DNA of 64,000 nucleotides, taken from NCBI GenBank assembly GCA_965287045.1, contig OZ336882.1:20336001-20400000 (forward strand), in the 5' to 3' direction. Below are positions 50,251 through 62,400 of this stretch, one piece after another. Every line of letters starts with the position of its first letter. The stretch's first letter is position 1. The position numbers and the translations under genes are program-made. This DNA comes from Carcharhinus amblyrhynchos (taxonomy: Eukaryota). Below the pieces are notes generated by a model. That model ran no database searches, was not told the origin of the DNA, and saw only the letters and a list, made by a program, of their open reading frames with translations.

Positions 50251-52254
50251 TGACTCAGCAATCATAGGATAATTGGCAATCTTGGTTGAAGTATACAAAA
50301 TAGTGGGTGAGAACCAAGAGTGGAAAAGACACGAAACAAATGATTAGTTCCCATCAGCTATTTTGCACATATCAACGAATCTCTGCACGGAATCTTAAGG
50401 GTCTGCCATTACCTTAAATCAGTTTCTCAACTCCACTTGGAGTTTGCACTGTGGAATGAAGTGGGTTGAAAAATTAAATTTCAACTGTAAAATTGTTATT
50501 CAAAGCACATTGCACACTTGGGAGATTATAAAATATATGTTAGTTCTGTGGTTCTCTGCATACTGGTACTCATTGTTATTTGGTGATGTGCAGCATTTGG
50601 CAAGTTGTTGGTTTATGTGATATGGTAGAACAGTTAAAGGTGTTACCTTCAGACCTGATCACAATTGGCCCTTGAGCTTCATCACCAAGAAGTCATTGAG
50701 CTGCAGGTGCCAATTGTATGTCCCAATACATCGCGCTAATTGAGGTCTTAAGATTCTGTCCACCTCCAACGTTGAGCTAGTCTGCAGGTACGTGTATTGG
50801 GCGAGGCAGGCAAACAAAGTGCAGTCCTGGTCTGCAGTTATCTGAAGTTTTATTGTGGAGGTATTTGTATCACTTTTTGTAGCTGCACAGAAATGAAACT
50901 AAAAAATATTGTCTTTCTGTGGGCGACCTGGTGTTTCCTTTAAAGACCACCAGTTAAGCTGTTGAAAATCTCTTAACAACTGGACCAAGTATGCACAACA
51001 TGAGCTCCAAAGTTTTGATGACCAATTTTGCAGTATCTGTTAGGGGCTAATAGCCTGCATATTTAGAAATCACATGCTTGCAGTTTTACATACAAACATA
51101 AGAATTCGGAGCAGGGGAAGGCCACTTGGTCCCTTGAGCCTGCTCTGCTGTTTAAGATAATGGCTGATGTGACTCGACTTCACATTCCCATTTTACTCTT
51201 GGAAACCTTTCACCCTTTTGCTTATTGTGAACATGTCTATATCTCTGTCTTAAAATATTCAAAGACTTTGCTTCCAGCACCTTGCAAGGAAAAGCGTTCC
51301 AAAGACTCTCAACCCTTTGAGAGAAAATAAGTCTTAATTGAGTGACCCTTATTTTTAAACTGTTATGCAACTGATGCACCACTGGAGGAATATTACATGC
51401 GGACGATAGCAACGGGAAATCTTGCCGTCTCCCCAATCCCACGTTGATTTTTTTTCCAGTTAAAAATGGGGTCAAGTAGTCAGTTTCCTCCCTTGTACGT
51501 CAACACGTATTGAAGCTTTTGACCAACTGCATTTTGGGAAGATTACAGATTGGTTTAGCCACTGATACACAAGGGAAACATCTGTACATTGGAGGTGATG
51601 CCGCAAAAGACGACAAAGCTGATCACTGATCAAAGAAGTAAATTATGATGCAAGGTTAGGAGAACAATCAGACTTTTAAATAAAGACTAATGATAGAAGC
51701 CTTTATAGTGGAATATAAGATTTATAAATAATAAATAGGAGCCAAGGGGATACTAAAGTGAAACATAAGTCAGTCATAAGTGTACTGAAACATAAATAGA
51801 CTTATACCTAAATGATGAGGCAGTTGAGACCCATTGCTTGCAATTCTTGTTCCACATGGGAACGCCAGTGGATAAAAACGTGTGCAAAAAGTTTCCCTAG
51901 TTGCTTGAGTTTCAGATTTGAGCTGTAGAGTGGCTGGAATCTGCAGGAGATATGGGACATTTCCTGGATTTCGCTTTGCAGGATGTGGTTGCCCCACAGA
52001 CATGGACGGTTCAGGGAGATCGTAAGTAAGCGGCCATCCTGGAGGATAGCAAAAAGAGGAAGGCAGTACAGGAATCCTCAGAGTTTGTATACAAATTTGG
52101 GTTTCTGTGCAAAATTCTGGTGCAGTACAGAGCAAATCCATGGCACTGTGGAACAATTTACATTGCACTAACTTAACTAGTTGTTCCAATACTGACCACT
52201 TGGGCTCAGGACTTCTTCCTGACCCTTCCTTGATGGTTTGTCTAACTGGTATTT

Positions 52255-52960
52255 ATTGTTTTCTACAAAAATAAGGCAGAGTCTGGAAGTTGATGTTTTG
52301 GGCCAATGACTCTGTCAGAAGTGGAAAAAGTTAAAATGTAACCAGTTTTTAGCATACGTGAAGCCAGGATCATAGAACAAAAGTTAAGGTCTGCTATAAG
52401 TTTGAAGGCAGAAGATATTAAATGATGAAAGCTGATGATGTAAGACAACAGGTGATGTCAGTGTGATAGGCAGAGATCAGAAGAAGGGCCTAAGGGAGGT
52501 GTGAATGAAAATAACATTATTGCCAACATCTACTGTTGGGAAAAATGGAGCAAAGGTGAAGATCTGAAATTGTTCAATTCACCATTAAGCCTGGAAGGTT
52601 GTAAAGTGCCTTATTGAAAGATGGGGTGCTGTTCCTTGAACCTTTTGTCGACTTTCATTACAACAGTGTTGGAAGCCAAGGTCAGAGTGGAAGGTGAGTA
52701 AGAAAGATGAGTACCTGAAGCTTGAGGTTACTCTTGCAAATGGAGCTGCGGTATTCCACGAAGCAATCGTCCAATCTGTGCTTGGTCTCCTCCCCCCAGA
52801 GGAAACTGCACCTTGAGCGGTGAATACAGGATACAAAGTGGAAAGAAGTACAAATTGATCGGTATTTCACCTCGGAATATTTGAGGCTCTGGATGACTGG
52901 GGACGGTCGAGTGATTGCGGACATTGAATCTGCATTTCACAGAATCTTGCATGGGCAGTT
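52255..52960 (-). mobile_element. Penelope-like element, GIY-YIG endonuclease remnant and 3' region
   Basis: Minus-strand VSCIHRSRCSFLWGEETKHRLDDCFVEY resembles VYCI.C..C..LYIGETKR.L..RF.EH; QHLIFRLG-like GTAPHLSIR. Confidence 0.75.
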
Positions 52961-53029
52961 GCCTCAGGAAGGGGTGATTATTGTTAGAGAGAGATTTTGT
53001 GGAGAGTGAATTCTCAGGAGCAGCCTGCG

Positions 53030-53340
53030 CATAGAATCATGGAATCCCTTCCGTGCAGAAGGGGGCCATTCGGCTCATCAAGTCTGCACTGACAACAATC
53101 CTACCCAGGACCTATCCCCGTAATGCCCTGTATTTACCCTGCTAATCCCCCTAAGGGACAATGGCCAGTCTACCTAACTTGCATATCTTTAAACTGGGAG
53201 AAAACCAGAGCACTTGAAAGAAACCCATGTAGACAGGGAGAATGTGCAAACTCTTCACTGACAGTCACCCAAGGCCAGAATCGAACCCAGGTCCCTGGTG
53301 CTATGACGCAGCAGAGCTGACCACTGTACCACTGCACTGT
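53030..53340 (-). mobile_element. HE1/V-SINE-type SINE with CR1-type tail
   Basis: CATAGAATCATGGAATCCC tail; head GACCACTGTACCACTGCA. Confidence 0.8.
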
Positions 53341-54649
53341 TCCTCTGACTTCAGACCTGCAACTGTTTAGTTCTTTTTTTCCCTGCTGCAGACCTACCTC
53401 ATCCCGTCACCATATATATATATAGAAAGGATGCCTATAAAATCTGTTGGTTTATAGCAGATTCAGTGTAATACACAGCAAATATATGTTTTATATTAGG
53501 TAACATTTTATTTTCTGAGGAAATGCTTATTTTCTAAATAATTTGCTCATTTCGTGATGCTGTCATTGTTCTGGCTTAAGTTAAACCATTCTTGTGGCTA
53601 AATAGGAATTATGATAACCAAGCAACCTGCTGATACTCATCTCTAATTATGTAAGTGAGAGTCAGAAATGTGTCTGTATATGAACAAAGTAATAACCTAG
53701 GCATGCAATCCAAGTATGTCTGGAATGCAAAACACCCCGATTGATTTTATCACTGCTAGAAACATACTTGCAGAACTGGAATCATGTAAATAATGGCCTT
53801 CAGGCTTATTGAATCAGTGGAATGTGATCGATGCTGTGTTGCGGTATGCTTTTACAGGATGCCCAAAGTTGAATTTTCGCAATAGTATATTGTCATATAC
53901 TTTGGAAGCTGCATGTGAACTTGGATTATGTATTACAATTTTATGCATTGATTTTTTTAAAATTATGCCTTTATTCTTTTCATAAAACATTTTAAAAATT
54001 GGAAATGATTTGGATGTCTACTTACATGCACATATTTTATAAATATTATTGTGGAGTTTTTAACTTGGTGGCCTTTGAAACATTGAAAATGAGGGTTTGG
54101 TTTTAAAAACAGAATAAATTGGAGACATACGCATTGCAAAATAATGATGAAAGTCTTGGAAACTACTTGTTGCAGAATCTCAGGTAACTCACTCCGGATT
54201 ACTTGTTGTTCTTGCTGCTGACCACAATAGTGATCTTTCTTTCTCTTTCCAAATACAGAAATTTCTGAGTTGGTGAGCTGTGAAAGGAGGCGTGGATAAC
54301 ATGGAATTGCATGTAGTTCATCTAGGCCTTCAACACACAAATGCTCCAAGGTCTATAAATGCTTATAAATTAGGATTTTCTCCCGATGCTCACAGACTGC
54401 TGAGTTTTTCCAGCGTTCTCTTTTCTTTAAATCCTTGGTTTAGGCTAACCTGTGGAGGAAACAGTGCAAACTTGTGTTCTAATGCTGTTGAAAATGTCAG
54501 AATGGTCAGAGACTGACACTTGATCGGAGGAAGAGATTTTAAGACAGAATCTGAGCTGCCATTGAGCTTGGGGGTTGAGGTGCTAGTTGTTTAGTTGAAA
54601 GAAGTATACAGAGTGTAAATGCTACAAATCAAATTTGATTGAAGTTGTA

Positions 54650-54795
54650 AAAGCAAATTACTACAAATGCTGGAAAATCTCAGCAGGTCTGACAGCATCT
54701 GTAGAGACAGAACTGAGCTAACATTTCAAATTGATACATTAGCTCTGTTCTCTCTCCACAGGTACTTGTTGGGCCTGCTTTGATTTTCCAGCATT
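54650..54795. mobile_element. Palindromic Penelope-end-derived repeat
   Basis: ATGCTGGAAAATCTCAGCAGGTCTGACAGCATCTGTAGAGA..GAGCTAACATT / TTAGCTC..TCTCTCCACAG..TGATTTTCCAGCAT. Confidence 0.65.
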
Positions 54796-55149
54796 GATGG
54801 AAGTCATATTGTTAATGCCATTTTGAGAATGGTGCAGGCAGATGAGGTTTGTCATGTTTGCTTGCATAACGTGGACACACCTGATTTCCATAAATGAACA
54901 TTTCCACTATTCTGAAGTATTACTGTGGACCAATTTTGTTCTCTGACCTGGGCGTACTGAGGTCAATTGTAATGCCCCAGTAGTCACCCTAACTGAGGTA
55001 ACGTTCATCACCGCTCAAACATTGAATCCAAAACCATTATATAAACTTACAGATCTGTTGACCGGGTGGAAAATAGAAAGCTTAGAATAAAATTTCTGAT
55101 TCTCCCTTCAAATTGGACTGGTACAAAACAGCAAAATGATCAAAGACTA

Positions 55150-55308
55150 GGGCTGGAATTCTCTGGCCATTCATGCTGGCAGGATTCTCTGGTCCTGCGG
55201 GCGGCGCACTCATTGCCATGGGTTTCCTGGCAGCATGGGGTGGCTTCAGTGGGACCAAGGATCCTGCTGCTGAGAAAAGTGCTGAGTGGAGGCCAGAGAG
55301 TTTTGCCC
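55150..55308. mobile_element. MITE (Harbinger-like; family of 26741)
   Basis: GGGCTGGAATTCTCTGGCC ... GGCCAGAGAGTTTTGCCC. Confidence 0.6.
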
Positions 55309-56699
55309 AGATTTAGGGCAATTCTAGTTTTGGGAAGTGGTGCAAAGTTGAATGTTGAGCCATGTGCGAATTTGCAAATAATAAATACGCTACTATAGGA
55401 AATAAAAGTGCCCATGGACAAAGGACACAATGTTCAGCTGGTTTATCCAGAAAATAATTACTGCACTTCAGTACAGCATTGAGGTGTTTAGTTACTTTGA
55501 GACAATGCTGTTGTTCAGTTCTGAGTTTAAGCCAATCTCCTCACATTCATTAAGCTGATTTAATATTTTAAATGTGAAGGAGAAAGCGGGAAGTATGTAT
55601 GTATAAAAATGTAAGTTTTGCAAAATGATTTGCCTGGTGATGCTCCCCCTGGAATTTCATGAAATATGTGGTTGACTAATACTGACATTGTGGCTATTAT
55701 AGTAATTTTACTGAAAAGAGATTTCAGATTTGAATGCCATGAAATGAAGCATGTCTGATCTGTCTTAAGAGGACCATGTGAGATTTAGTGGCTGTGTAAT
55801 GCTGTTCCAATCACCTCTGAGAATCCTATTAATCACATTTTTCTCTGATTGTTCTGTGTTTGTGTGATAGGATAAGCAATCACTTAACCTCCAGGGCTAA
55901 TATCTCCATTACTATTCATTAAAGTAGATCATTAGAATGCACTCTTTTATCCATTTCAATTAATTTTGAACAGTGTGATATTAATATTAAAATACTAAAA
56001 TACAAAAATTGCTACAAAGCTGTGCCATGGATTCAGTGTTCTTCTCTATATTTTTGAGGATGGTATTAATATTTCTAATTCTGTGTTCATTTTTTATTGT
56101 AGTATAAACATCATTTCACATTCTTAATACATCCTATGAAAAACTAAACATTGCAACTCTCTCCATCATCATCCAATGCGATTCCTTTTTTTTTGTATTT
56201 TGTCTTAATTTTGTTTAATGGTCCCAAAATTCAGTACTATTCTGTGCTTGTAAATGCCTAGCTCCCGTATTTAGTTTATTTCCACATGTGATAAAGTATA
56301 TTAGCCGAGTTGACTTTGTTTTACTGGGAGAACCTCACTTGATAACCTCAAGAATTTGGCAGCTCATTTTGCACTTTAATTTGTTGTGCACATTAGAACT
56401 AGCTAATTTGCTGTTGTGCACAAAATTTCAATAATTTTGTGAATTGGTGTTAATGAATGAGCTATAAATTTTGCTCATGCTCCAAAGATTGCTTCAGGGT
56501 GTAAATGAGTCCAGCAGATTGACCTAGTGATGACCCATTTTTTGCAGTATTTAACATTTTTTGCAAATTTACTGAGGATTTACTTCATTTGCATCATGTT
56601 AGTTTCTCACTATTGAAGCTGGAGTTAAAGCACTAGGCTGATTGGTAAGGACAAAGGGAAGAGCAAAGCAACAGCTGGCTAAATAAAGTTTATCAGAGC

Positions 56700-58035
56700 G
56701 AAAATAACTCCATAGGTGTACAATAAAGGCTTTGTTTTCAACACTGGAGGGAGGAAAGATGTATGGACAAAAGGAGATCACAGCCTGGGACATTTGAAAG
56801 CAGAGGGGACAGAATATCAGGACCTCATACAATTCAAGGAGTGTCAGTACCACAGACATGCTAACTATAGTCACCTCACTGCAGAATGGTAGATACACAG
56901 ATTTTGTGTTGGCAAGTAAATGTCCTCCGATCAATGTCAGCTCCTGCAATTCTTCCTTTGGCAGGAAGAATAAAAGAGCAGAGTATTATTTAAATTGAGA
57001 ACAGCTGCAGAATTCCAAGGTGCAGTTGGATCTAGAGGCTAAGAAGCAATATTCAGATAATATGATAAAGAAAATTACTACAACATTAAACTTCTAAACC
57101 ATCAGACCGTATTCCTAAATGTACCTACAGTTACTGTTTTTCCCCTTAGTCTTGCACCTTAAACATTGCATGAATGATAAAGAGTACTGAGTTTAATGTG
57201 ATAGCCTAGTTTGTGTTTTAAGGCCCTTCTGCTTTTTTAAAAAAGTAAATGGCCCAGGATAAGACCAAGGACATGGTTAAATGTATTTCTGTAATGATTG
57301 TAAATGCTGTGCAGCACAGCATAATACATGCAATACTTAATTTGATGCAGGTGAAAATCATTGCTACAAAGAGCATCATTGGATAAATCAATGTGGTGTT
57401 GTTTACACAAACTTTGGGTCGTAACTTCCAGGCTCCCCACTGTTGGATTTGTGGGGGATATTCTAAGGATTGAAGTGGAGAATCCCACTTGGAAATTCCC
57501 ATGTAAGGGTTTACCTGGCAATTGTCCAGAAGAGCTAAGTTCCCCTGGACAATTGCATTGGGCTGGGAACTATCCGACAAAGCAATTTGAAATCACTAAT
57601 CTCGGATAGTTCTGCCAACTTTACATTCATAGTTACTCTGAAAGAGTTATAAAGAACTTTTTCTTGACTGGATTGAAATGTGCAAGATCCTGAATTGACA
57701 CGGTGGATGTTTAAAGGATGTTTCTTCTTGTCGGTGAGTCCAGAATGAAACTGAGGGGCACTGTTTTAAATTTGGGGTCGCCCGCAGAAATTTTTTCTAA
57801 GGGTTAGTGACTTTGGCTTTCTCTATCTGGGTCAGGTGGCAGTGGAGTGGGATCACTAAATAATTTTAAGATGGGGTAGATAGATTCTACTTAGGCAAAT
57901 GAATCAGATATTAACAGGGCAAATGGGAATGTGGAACTCAAAACACAAATCGAACAGCCATGATCTTATTGAACAGCCAAGCAGGCTTGATGGGCAGAAT
58001 GTCCCCGTTCTGCATCTATTTCATATGTTTGTATG
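56700..58035 (+). mobile_element. Fragmented old CR1 (RT pieces 56700-57060; 3' end 57640-58035)
   Basis: GGAGTGTCAGTACCACAG; TTTGGCAGGAAGAATAAAAGAGCAGAGTATTATTTAAAT; CAGCCATGATCTTATTGAA...TATGTTTGTATG tail. Confidence 0.55.
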
Positions 58036-58196
58036 AAATTGAAATTAGACAGAAAAACAGAATATTCTGTAAGCATTAAGCATATAATTAGGGTTCTATT
58101 TGTTAAGTTCCATTAGTCTTGGTGTGGAAGTGTTAAGAAGTATTGGTAAACATTCAAAATAAGTTAAAGTTTTATATGGGTTTAATTTAATATTTC

Positions 58197-59175
58197 TGTG
58201 GAAGGAAGGGTAAAACCTAGTTAAATTCATGCTGGACAAAGGGGTTTGTATGTTTGAAGGTTGTTCAGTTCTAACTATGTTTCTATTGAGCTTAGAGAAC
58301 GCTACGGCATGAAGAGCAAATAGGCTAGCAGAAGTACGCAGGCATTGCTTAGCAACTGGGGGCCTTGTTGGATAGGAAAGCTTTACAGTTTTAGTTTAGC
58401 TGAATTTTATTGCAGTTTAAGAAGGACGCCAGGAAATGAACATATGTCAACTCTGCCAAAAGAATGACTGGACAAGTTGGGAACTGCAAAGAGGCAGGAT
58501 TCTGAAAGAATAACTGGGGAATTGGGACAGAAAGAATGTTTTATGACAACTGAAGTTAAGAGAACAAAGACCAAGGTTCCGAAGAATTCAAGAAAGGGTA
58601 AACAGTGTTCTGAATTAAAGAGACAATTGCAGTAGCCAGAGCTGAAGTGGGAAAGCAGACTTCAGAGGTAAATTAAAAGTTTGGTGCCTTTTTAAAAGGG
58701 TCTGGAAATTGAGAGTTAAAGCAATTGTGAACAGGCTGTACAGTCAAGACCAAAAAAATCCCAAAAAAGGTTGGCGTAAAACCTGGATACTGGATTCACA
58801 GTTAAAAGTAGTGGAAGCTTTGTTTAAAAAAACCATTAGGAAAACCAGGACCAGAGTTCAGAATGCACACTGCTAATGCTTTGGTTCAGAGTGCGTGTAT
58901 TTGACCACAGCCAATCTGTCTGCTTACAGTGTCTTTGCATCGTAGCTTACGTATACTTTGTAATCCATGTTAATCTTAAAATCTGTATGTAATTTTTCAG
59001 CTAAGGTGGTGTAAAGGAGTATTATATCATCCAGTTTTTTTCATGTTTAATAATTTTGTTTCTTGTTAAAACTAATTAGCAATCCTGTGACTCTGTTCCA
59101 GTAAAAGTTACGGACTTTTGAACCAGGGTTCCATTCTGGGATGTTCCCGTCCAGTTACAACATCAACCGAAACTG
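58197..59175 (+). mobile_element. Probable solo LTR in WWC intron 1
   Basis: Begins TG; purine-rich U3-like body; 3' part TCTGGGATGTTCCCGTCCAGTTACAACATCAAC resembles the end of 19931-20621. Confidence 0.4.
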
Positions 59176-59254
59176 AGAAAAATGAAAAGGGAAAAAAAAT
59201 GGTGAAGCAAATGGTTTTATCTCAAAACAAGGCCTTTAACCATATATTTCCTTT

Positions 59255-60200
59255 TCTCGGTACTTTTCGGTGCTTTTATTGTAATCAAAAAAGCCAGTTC
59301 AGCTAAATCATGGTCTCCGTGAGGGACAAACCAGATCCAAGTTGACAAAACAAGACATTGCATCCCATCTTGGACTTGGTCAAAAAAGACCCAAGTTGAC
59401 AGGATGAAGCATTGCACCCCCTCCCGGGCTTGACTTAATGCTTCATGTTAGCCAAAATGTCGAGATGGCTTTGAAAAATTGTGTCAGGTAGCATCAGTTT
59501 AACCTCATTAGCTACCCTGATCCTTTACCCTAGCTAGAGCAAACCACAGTCACGTGGGTCAGCACACCCCAAATGCAATGAGCTAGCCTTGTCTCCTGTC
59601 TGATCGTGGTTTCACCCCTTTAGCCATACGTTTATCTTTTTCTGGTATTTTATTTCTAATCAAAAAAGCCAAATCATATTAAGTCCAATCATGGCCCCCA
59701 CGTAAGGGAAAAACAAGATCCAAGCTGACAAGACATTGAAATCCATTTTGGGCTTAGAATATAGAACATAGAACATTACAGCGTAGAACAGGCCCTTCGG
59801 CCCACGATGTTGCGCCGACCAATTAAAAAGCAATGACCCTCTAACCTAAACCAATCCCTTTCCATCCATAAACCTATCCACGGACCTCTTAAACGCCCCC
59901 AAACTAGGCGCATCTACAACTGCAGCAGGCAGGGCATTCCAATCCCTCATCACCCTCTGGGTAAAGAACCTACCTCTGACAATCCAAGCTGATAGGATGA
60001 GGCACTGCATTGCCTCCCAGGCTTGATTTAATGCTTCCTCTTAGCCAAAAGCCTGAGATGGCTTTGAAAAATTGCATCAGGTAAAGCCTTGGGTTTAATC
60101 TGATCCTTTCTCCTAGCCTAGATAAACTACAATTGCAGGCGTCAGCACATCCCAAGTGCAATGGGCTAGCCTTGTTCCCTGCCTGAAAATTGACTCTCCC
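59255..60200 (+). repeat. Diverged tandem duplication of a ~370-bp unit; second unit split by a CR1 insert
   Basis: TAATCAAAAAAGCCA..AATCATGG..AGATCCAAG.TGACAA at about 59282 and 59657; TTAATGCTTC..TTAGCCAAAA..GAGATGGCTTTGAAAAATTG at about 59435 and 60028. Confidence 0.8.
59755..59980 (-). mobile_element. Young CR1 3' end
   Basis: Tail TAGAATATAGAACATAGAACA; CpG-intact CAGGCCCTTCGGCCCACGATGTTGCGCCGACC. Confidence 0.85.
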
Positions 60201-60234
60201 CTGCCAAGTTTTTGATTTTATTTTAGAAGTATAC

Positions 60235-62400
60235 CGTTTTGGATGCTGTTGGGGGAGATGGCCGCCTATCAGCAGCAGCCGAAGCAGTGGTACCACAGCT
60301 GGCCCTGTTGTTAAGCAGGGAGGGACAAAGAGCTCTAGAACAATAGTTAAAGGAGACTCTATAGTGAGGGGTGCAGATAGATGCTTCTGTGGATGGAAAA
60401 GAGACTCCAGGATGATATATTGCCTCTTTGGTGCCAGGACCCAGGATGTCTCTGAATGGGCAGAAAGCATTTTGAAGGAGGAGAGTGAACAGCCAGAGGT
60501 CGTGGTACATATTGGTACTGATGATATAGGTTGGAAGAGTGATGAGGTACTGCAACAGCAGTTTAGGGAGTTGGGTAGAAAGTTAAAAAGCAGGACCTCT
60601 CGGGTTGTAATCTCAGCATTACTCTTTGTGCCATGTGCCAGTGAGGCTAGGAATAGGAAGATAGTGCAGCTCAACACATGCTAAACAACTGGTGTAGGAG
60701 GGAAGGTTTCAGATGTCTGGACCATTGGGGTTTCTTCAGGTGCAGGTGAGACCTGTACAAGAAGGGTGGGTTGCATCTAAACTGGAAAGGCATAAATATT
60801 CTGGCTGGGAGGTTTGCTAGTGTCACACAGGAGGATTTAAACTAGTTTGGCAGTGGGATAGGAACCAAAGCAAAGGTGAATTAGCTGAATGGGAATCAGA
60901 GAGCATGGCTCAAAGAGCAGGCAGGGCGTACTTGCTAGTCAAAGGGCCTGGTAGACTGAAGTGCATTTGTTTTAATGTGAGAAATGTAACAGTTAAGGCC
61001 GATGAACTTAGAGCTTGGATTAGTACTTGGAACTATGATGTTGTTGCTATTACACAGACTTGGTTAAGGGAAGGACGGGATTGGCAGCTTAACATTCCAG
61101 GATTCAGATGTTTCAGGCGGGATAGAGGGGCATGTGAAAGGGGTGGGGGAGTTGCACTACTGGTTAAGGAGAATATCACAGCTGTACAGTGGGACACCTC
61201 AGAGTGCTCATTCAGTGAGGCAATATGGGTAGAGCTCAGGAATAGGAAGAGTATAGTCACAATGTTGGGGGCTTACTATAGGCTGCCCAACTGCCAGCGG
61301 GAGATAGAGGAACAGATATTTAGGCAGATTTTAGCAAGGTATAAAAGTAATAGGGTAGTTGTGGTAGGAGATTTTAACTTCCCCGATATTGACTGGGACT
61401 CACTTAGTGCCAAGAGCATGGATGGAGCAGAGTTTGTAAGGAGCATCCAGGAGGGTTTCTTGAAACAGTATGTAGATAGTCCATCTAGGGAAGGGGGCCA
61501 TACTGGACCTGATATTGGGGAATGAGCTTGGCCAGATGGCTGACATTTCAGTAGGGGAGCAACTTGGGAACAGTGACCACAATTCAGTAAGCTTTAAGGT
61601 ACTGATGGATAAAGAAAAGTGTAGTCCTCAAGTGAAGGTACTAAAATGGAGGAAGGCTGATTACAACAATATTAGGCAGGAACTGAAGAATGTAAATTGG
61701 GGGCAGATGTTTGAGAGCAAATCAACATCTGGCATGTGGGAGGCTTTCAAGTGTAAGTTGATAGGGATCAGGACTAGAATATTCCTGTAAGGATGGAGGA
61801 TAAGTATGGCAAGTTTTGGGAACCTTGGCAACTCATGTTGCAGCTTTATAGAGCATTAGTTAGGTTGCAGTTGGAATATAGTGTTCAGTTCTGATCACCA
61901 CACCACCAGAAGGATGTGGAGTCTTTAGAGAGAGTACAGAAAAGATTTACCAGGATGTTGCCTGGCCTTGAGGGCATTAGCTGTGAGGAGTGGTTGGAGA
62001 AACTTGGTTTGTTCTCACTGGAACGGTGGAGGTTGAGGGGCGACCTGACAGAAGTCTACAACGTTATGAGGGGCATGGAGAGAGTGGATAGTTAGAATCT
62101 TTTTCCCAGAGTAGAAGAATCAATTACTAGCGGGCTTTGGTTTAAGGTGTGATGGGCAAGATTTAAAGGAGAAGTACGAGGCAAATTTTTTTATAGGGAG
62201 AATGGTGGGTGCTTGGAACTTGCTGTCGGGAGAGGCAGTGGCAGCATATATGATAATGTGTTTTAAGGGACGACTAGACAAATACATGAATAGAGGGATA
62301 TGGTCTCCAGAAGGGTGGGCCATGTTCAGTCAGGCAGCATGGTTGGTGTGGGCTCGGAGGGCTGAAGAGCCTGTTCCTGTGCTGTAATTTTCTTTGTTCT
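60235..62400 (+). mobile_element. CR1 LINE with ORF1 (SGNH esterase-like), APE endonuclease and 3' end; RT core deleted
   Basis: ORF1 GDSIVRG...VVVHIGTDD; ORF2 YDVVAITQTWL, GGGVALLVKE, VVVVGDFNFPDIDW, LGNSDHN; jumps at about 61828 to MLQLY..LVR.QLEY; 3' tail at about 62390. Confidence 0.9.

Noticed and set aside
59970-60677. 235-aa minus-strand ORF with a signal-like N-terminus
   Set aside because: Antisense shadow of CR1 ORF1 plus adjacent repeat
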